Below are positions 10,578 to 19,773 of a stretch of DNA of 64,000 nucleotides, one piece after another. A model generated the notes under the pieces. It did no database searches. It saw only the letters and a program-made list of their open reading frames with translations, and was not told where the DNA came from. Numbering within the stretch: position 1 is the stretch's first letter; each line of letters begins with the position of its first letter. This DNA is from Myxococcales bacterium (GTDB taxonomy: Bacteria > Myxococcota_A > Bradymonadia > UBA7976 > UBA1532), in the NCBI GenBank assembly GCA_020633555.1, contig JACKDL010000026.1, positions 1 through 64,000 on the forward strand. Reading direction: 5' to 3'. The position numbers were made by a program, and so were the translations under genes.

Positions 10578-10670
10578 GGGGACCTCCAGGGGGTTGGGGT
10601 GGCCCGGCGACGGCGGCGCGCAGGCGCCATTCACCGCCCGGGCGGGGTGACCGATTGGCAGGCCAGCCTG

Positions 10671-11249
10671 CTAGAGCAGGATGTCGAGCAGGGCGCGGAC
10701 GTCGGCCTCGACGAAGCCCGTGGTGATGGACTTGATCTCCATGGTCTGCACATCCACCACCATGATCATGGGGGTGAGCTGCGGGTCATAGTAGGCCTGC
10801 ATGACGAAGGGCCCGTCGGCCACGACCGGGTAGGTGGTGCTGTAGAGCTGGGCCCACGCCGCGGCGTGACGGGGCTCCACGGCCTCGAAGTCCGCCGTCT
10901 CGAACAGGGTGGTGACCAGCTCCAGGCCGCGGCTGCGGTAGTCGTCATACAGCGCCTGGAGCTTGGGGGCCTCCTCCCGGCAGGCGGTGCACCACTCGGC
11001 GGCCGTGGCGATGACCAGGGCCTTTGCCCCGGCCTTGAAGACGTTGGCGTCCAGGCTGAAGTCCGCCCCCTCGCCCGTCTTGAAGCTGTGGTCCGCCAGC
11101 ACCGAGCCGACGCGGGTCCCGATGTTCTGCACGGGGTAGTCCGCGGTACGGGGCGCGAAGTCCCAGTCACCGGAGCCAGCGTCGTTGCCGCTGCAGCCCA
11201 CGGCGAACAGCAGGGCCAGGCCAGCAAACACAGGGGTCAGGGCGCGCAT
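10671..11249 (-). CDS. Redoxin/thioredoxin-like lipoprotein
   Basis: Lipobox LALLFAVGCSG. LVIATAAEWCTACREEAPKL has the CxxC motif in a thioredoxin-fold context. Confidence 0.65.
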   Translation of the reverse strand: MRALTPVFAGLALLFAVGCSGNDAGSGDWDFAPRTADYPVQNIGTRVGSVLADHSFKTGEGADFSLDANVFKAGAKALVIATAAEWCTACREEAPKLQALYDDYRSRGLELVTTLFETADFEAVEPRHAAAWAQLYSTTYPVVADGPFVMQAYYDPQLTPMIMVVDVQTMEIKSITTGFVEADVRALLDILL

Positions 11250-11271
11250 GGCGGGTCCTCCAGCGGGGGGA

Positions 11272-12345
11272 TCAGCGGGCCTTCAGCCCGAACCACGAGA
11301 AGCAGGGCAGCTCGCTGCCCGCGTCGTTGACGATGTAGGCCCCGTCGGCGCTGACGGTGCCGGTCCCGAAGTTGTACCACTCGCCCTCGGGGATGTGGGT
11401 GCCGTCCTCCAGGGCGCACTCCAGGCCGCCGAGCACGAACAGATCCACCTGCGCCCCCGCCGCCAGACCGCCATCGTTCGGCACCTTGAAGGGCGCGCCC
11501 GGGCCGTCGATGGCAGCCTCGGGCCAGAAGGCGTACAGGCGGTCGGGCGTGGGCTGGCCCTGCAGGAAGCACAGGCCGCGGTCGGTGGGATCGATGGCCC
11601 GCGCCCGCGCCGCCTGGATGGTGGCGCTGGTGGTGAACACCCGGCCCGGCACCACCTCGACCTCCAGGCCGTCCTGGTAGGTGATGGTGCTGGGGGCGTT
11701 CAGGTCGGCCCCGGCAGGCACCGCCGCGGCGTCGGTGGGGTAGACCACGTAGGGGTCGGCCGTGCGGATGATCTGGTCGCCCCCGACCCGCGCGGCGGGG
11801 TCCTCGACGCAGTAGATGGTGGCCAGGCCCGTGCCCGGCTTCAGCACCCGCATGGCCACCGAGCTCATGCAGGCCCCGTTCTCGGGCACGTTGATGGTGT
11901 ACACGCCCGTCTCGTCGGCGTCGGCGGGGCGCAGGCACAGCAGCATGCCCCCCGGCTCGACGATGATGCAGGCCTGGGCCTTGGCCTCGGGTACGGGCCG
12001 ACCCGACTGATCGGCCACCCAGCCCCGAAACGCGCCCACCCAGGTGGACCGGCAGGTGCCGGGATCCGCCGGGGCCCCGTCCACGGGCGCGGCGACGCCC
12101 TCGGGGGTCTGCCACTCGATGGGAGGCAGCTCCATGTCGGGGGCCAGCACGCCGGCGTCCTGGGCGCCGCCGCCCACGCCGCCCGCGCCGCCCAGGCCCC
12201 CGGCGCCGCCCACTCCGCCAGCGCCAGAGGCCATGTCGGCCCCGGCGCCGCCCGCACCGCCGTTCCCCCCCGAGTCGCCGTCGTCACAGGCCGCGAGGCC
12301 AAGGGCGAGGCAGGCGGTGAGCCAGGTCAGGGGGGCAGCGCGCAT
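11272..12345 (-). CDS. Hypothetical secreted lipoprotein (357 aa) with Gly-rich linker
   Basis: Strong RBS AAGGAG. Lipobox LALGLAACDDG then a GGxGG linker. No recognisable catalytic motif. Confidence 0.55.
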   Translation of the reverse strand: MRAAPLTWLTACLALGLAACDDGDSGGNGGAGGAGADMASGAGGVGGAGGLGGAGGVGGGAQDAGVLAPDMELPPIEWQTPEGVAAPVDGAPADPGTCRSTWVGAFRGWVADQSGRPVPEAKAQACIIVEPGGMLLCLRPADADETGVYTINVPENGACMSSVAMRVLKPGTGLATIYCVEDPAARVGGDQIIRTADPYVVYPTDAAAVPAGADLNAPSTITYQDGLEVEVVPGRVFTTSATIQAARARAIDPTDRGLCFLQGQPTPDRLYAFWPEAAIDGPGAPFKVPNDGGLAAGAQVDLFVLGGLECALEDGTHIPEGEWYNFGTGTVSADGAYIVNDAGSELPCFSWFGLKAR

Positions 12346-12355
12346 GGGGGGCTCC

Positions 12356-13699
12356 TTACTCGGCGGCGGTGATGTTCAGGGTGTACGGGGCGCTCGCGCC
12401 GTTGTAACCGAAGATGTTCAGGTAGGCGGGGCCGCTGAACTGGATCTGCTCGTTGTCGTCGGCGGTCAGGCTCGACGCCAGGGGCTGGTTGTTGCCCGGC
12501 TCCAAGACCACCACGTCGATGTCGCCGGTGGCGTGGCTGAACAGGATGTCGGCGGTCCAGGCGCCCTCGATGTTGACGAAGTACACATCGGGCTCGGCGT
12601 CGCAGATGCCGCCGGTGTACTCGCCCGGGCCCACCTCGGTGGCCTGATCGAAGTCGTTGTTCGGCTCGCTGGCCTCCTCGTCGCCCTCGCCGCAGTTGTT
12701 CCGCACCATGGGCACGATCTCGCTCCAGTCCGCCTCCAGGTCGTTGACGATGGCCTCCAGGGGCAGGCTGAACTGGGTGCGGGCGCTCTCCGCGATGACC
12801 TTCATGTCGCGCTTGCGCAGCACGAGCAGCGTGGGGAACGCCACCACCAGGTCGGTGTCCTGCAGGTAGCCGGGCAGCTCGACCTCGCTGGGCACGGTGG
12901 CCATGGTGCTGGCGTCGCCCACCCGGATGCCCCAGCCGTCACCGATGATCCGGCGCATGTGCTGGTTGGCGTAGTCGTTGTCCGCGGGCAGGCCGTTCAG
13001 GTCCTGGGCCTCGACGTAGATGATGAGCGCGCCGTCCTCGCGCAGCGACTGCGACGCGGGGTTCAGGCGGGTCTGGGCGTACTGGGTGCAGGGGGCGCAC
13101 CAGGCGGCCTTGATCATGACGATGGCCGAGTCGAACTCGTCCCACTCCGCGTCGCAGTAGAAGCTCTCGAAGCTGAAGTCGAGCTGGCTCCCGTCGCCCC
13201 AGTAGGCGCCCTTCCAGCCCAGGGCCGGCATGGCGTTGTTGAAGCGCACCGCGTTGGGGAAGTTGGGGTAGCGGCAGCCCACCGTCTCGGTGAGCGTGGC
13301 GCTCTGGTCGCCCAAGGTGGCGGTGAAGGTCACCTCGCCCTTGTGCACGCCCATGACCGCGCCGGCCGCGTCGACGGTGGCGACGTTGGCGTCGCTGGAG
13401 CTGAAGGTCACGCCCTCGGCGGCGCCCCGGGTGCCGTCGCTGTAGACGAGCTCGGCCACGAGCCGGGCCTCGCGGTAGCGCAGCAGCTCGCCCTCGACGC
13501 GGACCTCGAGGCCCTGCACCGCGCGCTCACCGCCGCCGCCGCCCGCGCCACCCCCGGCACCGCCCGCCCCGCCGCCGGCACCGCCGGCCTGAGCCATGTC
13601 GGTGTCGTTGCTGGAGCCGCTGTCCTCTTGACAGCCGAACGCGGCCACCGCCAACAAGGCCAGGGCCATCACCCGCAGCCGCTTGATCCCGTCGCTCAT
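12356..13699 (-). CDS. Lipoprotein with Ig-like (Big_2-like) region, thioredoxin-like CxxC domain and C-terminal PPC (pre-peptidase C-terminal) domain
   Basis: Start at the internal ATG at 13699 (MSDGIKRLRVMALALLAVAAFGC lipobox). VMIKAAWCAPCTQYAQ CxxC motif. C-terminal FDQATEVGPGEYTGGICDAEPDVYFVNIEGAWTADILFSHATGDIDVVVLEPGNNQPL is PPC-like. Confidence 0.6.
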   Translation of the reverse strand: MSDGIKRLRVMALALLAVAAFGCQEDSGSSNDTDMAQAGGAGGGAGGAGGGAGGGGGERAVQGLEVRVEGELLRYREARLVAELVYSDGTRGAAEGVTFSSSDANVATVDAAGAVMGVHKGEVTFTATLGDQSATLTETVGCRYPNFPNAVRFNNAMPALGWKGAYWGDGSQLDFSFESFYCDAEWDEFDSAIVMIKAAWCAPCTQYAQTRLNPASQSLREDGALIIYVEAQDLNGLPADNDYANQHMRRIIGDGWGIRVGDASTMATVPSEVELPGYLQDTDLVVAFPTLLVLRKRDMKVIAESARTQFSLPLEAIVNDLEADWSEIVPMVRNNCGEGDEEASEPNNDFDQATEVGPGEYTGGICDAEPDVYFVNIEGAWTADILFSHATGDIDVVVLEPGNNQPLASSLTADDNEQIQFSGPAYLNIFGYNGASAPYTLNITAAE

Positions 13700-13855
13700 C
13701 TCGCGCCCCCTCCGCAGGCTCGCCGGCCCGCCGCTCATCCACGCGTTCAGACACTCTTCGGAAGGTGGAGGCCGCACGCACGGCGGCGCCCACCGGGTGG
13801 CCCCACAGGGCCAGAAATGGGCGCGGCGCCCGAAGGCGCCGCGCGGTGACCAACC

Positions 13856-15847
13856 TCAGTTGGCCTGGCTCACCTGCAGGCTGTACGCCCCGGCGAAGCC
13901 GCCGTTGTAGCCGTCGACGAAGATGTAGATCGTCGCCTCGGCCTCCATCTGCACCTGCACGATGGAGTTGTAGTTGCCGCCCTGGGTGTCGATGTCGTCG
14001 TTGCACGCCGCCTCGAACTCGTCCTGCGGCATGGCGCAGTGGGTGCGGGCGATGAGCAGGGTGTCGGCGTCCATGGCCTCACCGGCGGTGACGAACTGCC
14101 AGGTGCCCGCGCGGGGCGCAGTGAACGACAGCACGTCCTGGGGACCGCCGCCGCCGCAGGTGCCGGTGCCGACGCGGTTGACCGCCTCGCTCGAGTCGCC
14201 GGCGTAGAGGAAGCCGTTGCCGTCGGCGTGATCGTTCAGGTTGATCACGGTCCAGTCGGCGGGGCACTCGGCCACGGCGGCGCCGCACACGGGGGCGGCC
14301 TCGGCGCTCAGGCTGAAGCAGTAGTTCATCTCGGGGCAGGTGGCGGTGGCGCCGGCCTGGTCACAGGCCGCGCCGGCCTCCACGGCGGGGGTGGGCGAGA
14401 CCATGTCGATGATGAAGGGCTCGGCGCTCTCCTTCAGGGTCTCGTCGCCGGCCCACACCTGCAGGCTGGCCACGTCGGCGATGAGGGCGATGCTGCAGTT
14501 CTCGAGCAGGGCGTTGGCCTGCTCGATGCAGGCGTTCTGGTCGCCGCCACCCTGGGTGCAGTTGTCGAACGCCGCCTGGGCGTCCGCCAGGCAGGCGTCG
14601 AGGCGCAGGTTGAACACCGCGGCGCGGGCCACGAAGCTGTTCTCGCCCTCGCCGGCGACGCTGCTGTCGAAGGCAGCCGCCACCGGGGTGGCCACGTCCT
14701 CCTGGCTGATGTTGATGGGGTTGCCCATGGCGTCCAGGGGCTGCACCCGCACGTAGGCGGCGTTGTTCTGGGGGTCGGTGCCCTCGATGTAGATGCCGAT
14801 GAAGCCGCTGGTGGCGTTGATGTAGCCCATGCCCGCGGTGATGGTGGGCGGGGTGGCCTCGACGCAGGTGCCGTTGCCCTCGTCGTCGAAGTCACAGGCG
14901 TCCGCCTCGGCGCAGCCCAGGAAGATCTCGTCGCAGGCGTCGCCCCGGGCGCCCACGGCGGCGGGGGTGGGCTGGGCGACCACGGGCGGATCGTTCTGCA
15001 GGCCCAGGCTGTCGGTGACCGTCACCTCGATGGCCGCGGTGGCGGCGATCAGGTTGGGGTCGAAGTAGCCCTTCAGCTCGTAGCTGAACATGCCGTCGGC
15101 CTGAGTGAAGGTCACCACCTCGGCCAGATCGGCGTTGTCGAAGGTGGTGTCCAGCTCGGCCACGGGGCTGCCGTCGGCGCCCAGGAAGTTGATGGTGTAG
15201 GCCACCGCGTCGTTGTCGGCGTCGCCGCCGGTGAAGCGGATGCCCAGGCCGCCGCGCAGCGGATCCAGGGCCAGAACCACCTCGTCCACCGACGGCGCGT
15301 TGGCCTCGATGGCCTCGGCGGTCAGGGTGAAGTCGTTGGCGGCCAGGCCCGAGACAGCGTCCACCACCAGGTACATGGTGTCGCCGGCGCCCAGCTCCAG
15401 CGCGATGCGGCTGGTGAGGTCCTCAGCGGCGTCGTCGTTGCAGGCCACCTCGGTGAAGCCGCTGTTGCAGTCGCGCAGGGCGTACAGCACGGTGTCGAAG
15501 CCGGTGCCGGCGGTGTTGAAGACGTAGAAGCCGGCCTCGGGGGCGGTGAACTTCACCACCACGTCCGAGCCCGCGTCCTCGCCGCCGCAGGAGCCCGAGT
15601 TGTTGTCGGTGGCGTCGGTGCGGCCGTTCAGGGTCCACACGGCGCCGTTCTGGGTGGCCTGCGCCGCGAAGTCGATGACGGTCGAGGCGCCGCACTCGCC
15701 GCCCATGCCGCCGCCTTCGCCACCGGCGCCGCCGCCCATGCCGCCGATGGGCAGCACCCCACCGTCGCCGTTGCCACCGCCGCCGCCGCCGCCGGGCACA
15801 CAGCCCACGAGGCCGGCGGTCACCGCCGCCAGAACCATCAGACGCAT
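13856..15847 (-). CDS. Large secreted lipoprotein with PPC-like domains at both ends
   Basis: Start at the ATG at 15847 (MRLMVLAAVTAGLVGC), then a G-rich linker. N- and C-terminal segments both show the PPC-like pattern (GTGFDTVLYALRDCNSGFTEVACNDD; TAPRAGTWQFVTAGEAMDADTLLIARTHC...ACNDD). Confidence 0.6.
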   Translation of the reverse strand: MRLMVLAAVTAGLVGCVPGGGGGGGNGDGGVLPIGGMGGGAGGEGGGMGGECGASTVIDFAAQATQNGAVWTLNGRTDATDNNSGSCGGEDAGSDVVVKFTAPEAGFYVFNTAGTGFDTVLYALRDCNSGFTEVACNDDAAEDLTSRIALELGAGDTMYLVVDAVSGLAANDFTLTAEAIEANAPSVDEVVLALDPLRGGLGIRFTGGDADNDAVAYTINFLGADGSPVAELDTTFDNADLAEVVTFTQADGMFSYELKGYFDPNLIAATAAIEVTVTDSLGLQNDPPVVAQPTPAAVGARGDACDEIFLGCAEADACDFDDEGNGTCVEATPPTITAGMGYINATSGFIGIYIEGTDPQNNAAYVRVQPLDAMGNPINISQEDVATPVAAAFDSSVAGEGENSFVARAAVFNLRLDACLADAQAAFDNCTQGGGDQNACIEQANALLENCSIALIADVASLQVWAGDETLKESAEPFIIDMVSPTPAVEAGAACDQAGATATCPEMNYCFSLSAEAAPVCGAAVAECPADWTVINLNDHADGNGFLYAGDSSEAVNRVGTGTCGGGGPQDVLSFTAPRAGTWQFVTAGEAMDADTLLIARTHCAMPQDEFEAACNDDIDTQGGNYNSIVQVQMEAEATIYIFVDGYNGGFAGAYSLQVSQAN

Positions 15848-15931
15848 CTTGGATCCTCCCCCAATCGCGTTTGCGGCCCTGAGATCGCAAAGCGCCCGCG
15901 GTCGGCGCAAGCCGGCCGGTGCGGAAAAATG

Positions 15932-15954
15932 TTTACTGTTAATTTGACAGTAAA
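15932..15954. promoter_or_regulatory. AT-rich inverted repeat TTTACTGT-N7-ACAGTAAA in the divergent promoter region; embeds a perfect TTGACA -35 for the MerR-like gene
   Basis: tttactgttaatttgacagtaaa is the only strongly AT-rich stretch in a ~70% GC window. 8-bp arms are perfect reverse complements. TTGACA at 15944-15949, with TACGGT 17 nt downstream and the ATG at 15979 (near-leaderless). It lies between divergent genes (lipoprotein cluster on minus, merR-like/VIT-vWA operon on plus). Confidence 0.45.
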
Positions 15955-15978
15955 TGGTGTCGTGGTTACGGTGACGCC

Positions 15979-16485
15979 ATGACCGTCACCGCCCACCGCG
16001 AGACCGAGCTGCCCCTGGACGCCCTGGTGGACCAGGCCAACGCCCTGCTGGCGCGCCTGCCCGAGCCCGTGGACGGCCGGGTGGCGGCCGCCACCGACGC
16101 CCGGGGCGTGCGCTACTACCAGTCGCTCGGGGTGGTGGATCGGCCCACGCGGTACGACGGCCGCAAGGCCATCTACGGCTACCGCCACCTGCTGCAGATC
16201 GTGTGCGCCAAGGCCCTGCAGCGGCAGGGCCACTCCCTGGCGCAGGTGCAGCGCGCCCTCGCCGCGGCCCCCCTGGCCGCCCTGGAGGCTGCGGCCCTGG
16301 ACGCCGTGGGCAGCGGCCCGGCCCCGTCCCCGGCTGCCCAGGCCCCCGCTTCCGCCCCTCGCCCGCTCGTCGCCGTCGAGCTGGCGCCGGGCGTCACCGT
16401 GACCCTGGATCCCGCGCGGGTCCCCGATGTCCAGGCCATGCTGGCCCGGCTCGCCGCCGCGCTCACCTCGGAGGATGCCCGATGA
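15979..16485 (+). CDS. MerR-family-like transcriptional regulator (168 aa)
   Basis: ARGVRYYQSLGVVDRPTRYDGRKAIYGYRHLLQIVCAKALQRQGHSLAQVQRAL matches the MerR HTH/wing pattern (R-Y-Y...G-L...R...G-R-Y). Its stop overlaps the next gene's start as ATGA. Confidence 0.5.
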   Translation: MTVTAHRETELPLDALVDQANALLARLPEPVDGRVAAATDARGVRYYQSLGVVDRPTRYDGRKAIYGYRHLLQIVCAKALQRQGHSLAQVQRALAAAPLAALEAAALDAVGSGPAPSPAAQAPASAPRPLVAVELAPGVTVTLDPARVPDVQAMLARLAAALTSEDAR

Positions 16486-19010
16486 CCGCCCCCGCCCCCC
16501 TGTCGCCGACCCTCGACATCCCCACCCGTGATCCCCGCGGCCTGGGCGGCCTGGCCGCCCTGGTGCAGGGGGCCGAGCGCCCGCTGCCCCTGCAGGCGGT
16601 GCGGGTGCGCGCCCGCATCCTGGGCGGCTTCGCGCACACCGTGGTGGAGCAGACCTTCGCCAACCCGCTCGACCAGCCCATGGAGGCGGTGCACCGCTTC
16701 CCGCTGCCGCCCGACGGCGCGGTCACCGATCTGGTGCTGCGCTGCGGCGATCTGGAGGTGCGCGGCGACCTGAAAGAGAAGGCGCAGGCCCAGGCCGACT
16801 TCGCGGCGGCCCGCGACGCCGGGCACCGGGCCGCGCTGGTGACCCAGGAGCGCGCCGACGTGCATGTGTTGCGCGTCACCCGGCTGCCGGCGGGCGAGCA
16901 GGTGACCGTGCGGCTGGAGGTGGTCGAGGCCCTGGACGCGGTGGACGGGGCCTGGCGGTGGCGGTTCCCCACCACCATCGCGCCGCGCTACCTGCCCGGC
17001 GATGCCATCGGGCACAGCGGCGATGGGGTGCTGCCCGACACCGATCAGGCGCCCGACGCCAGCCACCTGCAGCCGCCCCTGCGGCTCGAGGGGGGCACGC
17101 GGCTGGATCTGGAGGTGGCCATCGAGGGGCCGGTGGCGGGCGTCGAGTCGTCGCTGCACGCGGTGAAGGTGGGCTTCGGGGACGGTGGCCTGCGGGTGGC
17201 GCCCAGCGGCAAGGCCACCCTGAACGCCGACTTCGTGCTGGCGGTGACGCCGGGCGAGGCCGAGGCCCTGAGCACCCGGGCCTGGACCGACGGTGCGCAC
17301 ACGCTGGTGCAGGTGGCCCCACCGGCGCTGGGCGGCGGAGACACCCGCCCCCGGGACGCTGTGTTCGTGGTCGACATCTCGGGCTCCATGTGCGGCACGA
17401 AGATGACCGCGGCGAAGCAGGCCCTGCACACCGCGCTGCACGGGCTGCTGCCCGGCGACCGCTTCCGGCTCATCGCGTTCGACGACCGGGTGGAGCAGTT
17501 CGCCGCCGACTTCGTGGCCTACGACGAGCGCTCGCTGGCGCAGGCCGATCGTTGGATCGAGCGGCTGGACGCCCGCGGCGGCACCGAGATGCTGCCGGCG
17601 ATTCAGGCGGCCTTGGCGGGCGAGAGCCCGGCCGAGCGCCTGCGGACCGTGCTGTTCATCACCGACGGGCAGGCCTGGAACGAGCAGCAGCTCGTGGCCG
17701 CTGTGGCCCACCGGCGCAAGGAGGCGCGCTTCTTCACCCTGGGCATCGACACCGCGGTGAACGAGGGCCTGCTGGGCCGCCTGGCCCGGGTGGGCGGCGG
17801 CACCTGCGAGCTGGCGACCCCCACCGACGACATCGAGGCGGTGGTGGCCCGCATGGAGGCCCGCTTCGGGGGGCCGCTGGTGGTGGGCCTGGAGCCGCAG
17901 GGGGTGCCCGCCGCACGCATGGGCCCCACCGACGTGTTCGAGGGGCGCCCGGCCACCGTACTGGTGGAGGGCGGCGGCGCGCTGACCCTGACGGCGCGGG
18001 CGCCGGCGGACACCCGGCTGACGGTGACGCCCCAGCCGGTGGACTTCGACCTGGGCGCGTTGTGGGCCCGGGAGCGCATCGCCGCCCTGGAGGATCGGCT
18101 GGTGCTCCACCCGCACGAGGACGAGGCGCTGACGCCGCAGATCACGGCGCTGAGCTTGAAGCACCGCGTGATCTGCCGGTTCACGGCCTTCATTGCCGTG
18201 GAGACCAGCCGGGTGGTGCAGGGCGAGCAGGTGGTGGTGCAGCAGCCCGCCGAGTTGCCGCAGCAGTGGGACGGCGCGGCCTTCGGCGGCGGCGGCCCCG
18301 GCGGCCCCCCGCCCATGGCGATGTCGGCGCCCAACCTGCGCGCGCAGTCCACCGGGGCGCCGCTGCCGCCGCCCGCGCCGTCGCCGGCGCGCCCGGCCCC
18401 CCGCAAGGCGCCGATCTTCGACGCCATGCCCATGGAGGCCGAGGAAGCGCCGGTGCGCCGCGAGGCCGCCCAGGCGAAGGGGCGCGCCGCGCCCGCCCGC
18501 AAGCGGGGGGGGCTGATGGACGCGGTGGGAGGCCTGTTCCGGGCCAAGGCCGAGGCGCCCCCGGCAGCCCCCATGGACATGGACGAGGACGACGGCATGG
18601 ATAAGGAGGGCTACGCCGAGTTCACCGCCAGCGCTGCCGAGCTGGACGACCTCGTGCCCCTGGCCGAGGCGCCCGAGCCGGCGCCGGCCGCCCCCTCGTC
18701 GCCCGCCGATCCGGCCGCCGAGCTGGCCCGCCGGCAGGGCGCCGACGGCAGCTTCGGGGGCAACGTGGCGCGCACCGCCGCCGCCCTGGTGCTGCTGGTG
18801 AAGCTGGGCCACACCCGGCGCAAGGGCCTGCGGCGGCGGGCGGTCTTGAAGGCCGCGCGCTGGCTCGAGGGGCAGGGCAGCCCGCTGGCGGCACAGGCGC
18901 TGGCCATCCTGGCGGCTGCCGAGGCCGGCCAGGCCTGGCCGGCGGGCGACCTGAGCGCCCTGACGGCGGCGGCTCCCGAGGGGGCCTGGCTGGCGAGCCG
19001 CCTGGGCTGA
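16482..19010 (+). CDS. VIT (vault protein inter-alpha-trypsin) + von Willebrand factor A (vWA) domain protein, 842 aa
   Basis: ATGA overlap with the upstream regulator; RBS GAGGA. N-terminal VIT-like region. vWA MIDAS motif VFVVDISGSMCGTKM ... FITDGQ. Low-complexity P/A/E-rich C-terminal third. Confidence 0.8.
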   Translation: MTAPAPLSPTLDIPTRDPRGLGGLAALVQGAERPLPLQAVRVRARILGGFAHTVVEQTFANPLDQPMEAVHRFPLPPDGAVTDLVLRCGDLEVRGDLKEKAQAQADFAAARDAGHRAALVTQERADVHVLRVTRLPAGEQVTVRLEVVEALDAVDGAWRWRFPTTIAPRYLPGDAIGHSGDGVLPDTDQAPDASHLQPPLRLEGGTRLDLEVAIEGPVAGVESSLHAVKVGFGDGGLRVAPSGKATLNADFVLAVTPGEAEALSTRAWTDGAHTLVQVAPPALGGGDTRPRDAVFVVDISGSMCGTKMTAAKQALHTALHGLLPGDRFRLIAFDDRVEQFAADFVAYDERSLAQADRWIERLDARGGTEMLPAIQAALAGESPAERLRTVLFITDGQAWNEQQLVAAVAHRRKEARFFTLGIDTAVNEGLLGRLARVGGGTCELATPTDDIEAVVARMEARFGGPLVVGLEPQGVPAARMGPTDVFEGRPATVLVEGGGALTLTARAPADTRLTVTPQPVDFDLGALWARERIAALEDRLVLHPHEDEALTPQITALSLKHRVICRFTAFIAVETSRVVQGEQVVVQQPAELPQQWDGAAFGGGGPGGPPPMAMSAPNLRAQSTGAPLPPPAPSPARPAPRKAPIFDAMPMEAEEAPVRREAAQAKGRAAPARKRGGLMDAVGGLFRAKAEAPPAAPMDMDEDDGMDKEGYAEFTASAAELDDLVPLAEAPEPAPAAPSSPADPAAELARRQGADGSFGGNVARTAAALVLLVKLGHTRRKGLRRRAVLKAARWLEGQGSPLAAQALAILAAAEAGQAWPAGDLSALTAAAPEGAWLASRLG

Positions 19011-19104
19011 GCCTGCCGCCTGGGTTGAGCCGACCCTGGGGTCAGGTGGTACATCGGGCCGCCCGAATACGGGCCCCGCGTGCCACCCTGATCCTGGAGG
19101 ACCC

Positions 19105-19749
19105 ATGTTCCGTCGCGCGCTCCTCACCCTGGCCCTGCTGGGCCTGTCCGCCCCCGCCCTGGCCTGCCCCGGCGGCGGCGACTGCGACTGCGGCCAGAAG
19201 GGCGGCCCTGCCGCCGACAAGGGCCCCGAGATGGGCCGGGGCCGCGGCCCTGGCGGCGGCGGGCACGGCCGGCTGATGCACCACACCAACCCCCTGCCCA
19301 ACTTCATGCGGGTGGTGGTGCACCAGGGCGCCGAGCTGAAGCTCACCGACGCCCAGAACAAGGCCTTCGCCGAGTGGCGGGCCACGGCGCACCAGCGGTC
19401 GATGGATCTGGCCCAGGGCATCGTGCTGGCCGAGCAGAAGCTGGCCGAGGCCGCCCGCGCCGGCGACGACACCCAGGCCCTGGCCCTGCGCTACGAGGAG
19501 ATCGCCAAGAAGCGTCGCGAGCTCTTCGACCTGAAGGCCGAGTGCCGCGCTCTGCTGAAGCGGGAGCTGAGCGCCGAGCAGTGGGCCACCCTGGTCAAGC
19601 TGGAGGGCGAGATGCCCGGGCCCGGCAAGGGCCCGATGGGCAAGGGCCCGATGGGCCAGGGCCAGATGGGTCAGGGGCCCGGCCCGAACGGCGGCAAGCC
19701 CTGCGCCGGCAAGGCGAAGGGCGACAAGCCCTGCGACTGCGACAAGTAG
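19105..19749 (+). CDS. Spy/CpxP/ZraP-family periplasmic chaperone-like protein with Cys-rich termini
   Basis: Signal MFRRALLTLALLGLSAPALA. Two LTxxQ motifs (KLTDAQNKAF, ELSAEQWATL). N-terminal CPGGGDCDCG and C-terminal KPCAGKAKGDKPCDCDK metal-binding-like clusters. (GKGPM)n repeat. Confidence 0.65.
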   Translation: MFRRALLTLALLGLSAPALACPGGGDCDCGQKGGPAADKGPEMGRGRGPGGGGHGRLMHHTNPLPNFMRVVVHQGAELKLTDAQNKAFAEWRATAHQRSMDLAQGIVLAEQKLAEAARAGDDTQALALRYEEIAKKRRELFDLKAECRALLKRELSAEQWATLVKLEGEMPGPGKGPMGKGPMGQGQMGQGPGPNGGKPCAGKAKGDKPCDCDK

Positions 19750-19773
19750 CCGCCCGCCTGCCCACCGCCTCGC

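Noticed and set aside
16179-19472. 1,097-aa minus-strand ORF antisense to the merR-like/VIT-vWA operon
   Set aside because: Arg/Gly/Pro junk. The plus strand carries clear vWA/MIDAS motifs and ATGA coupling.
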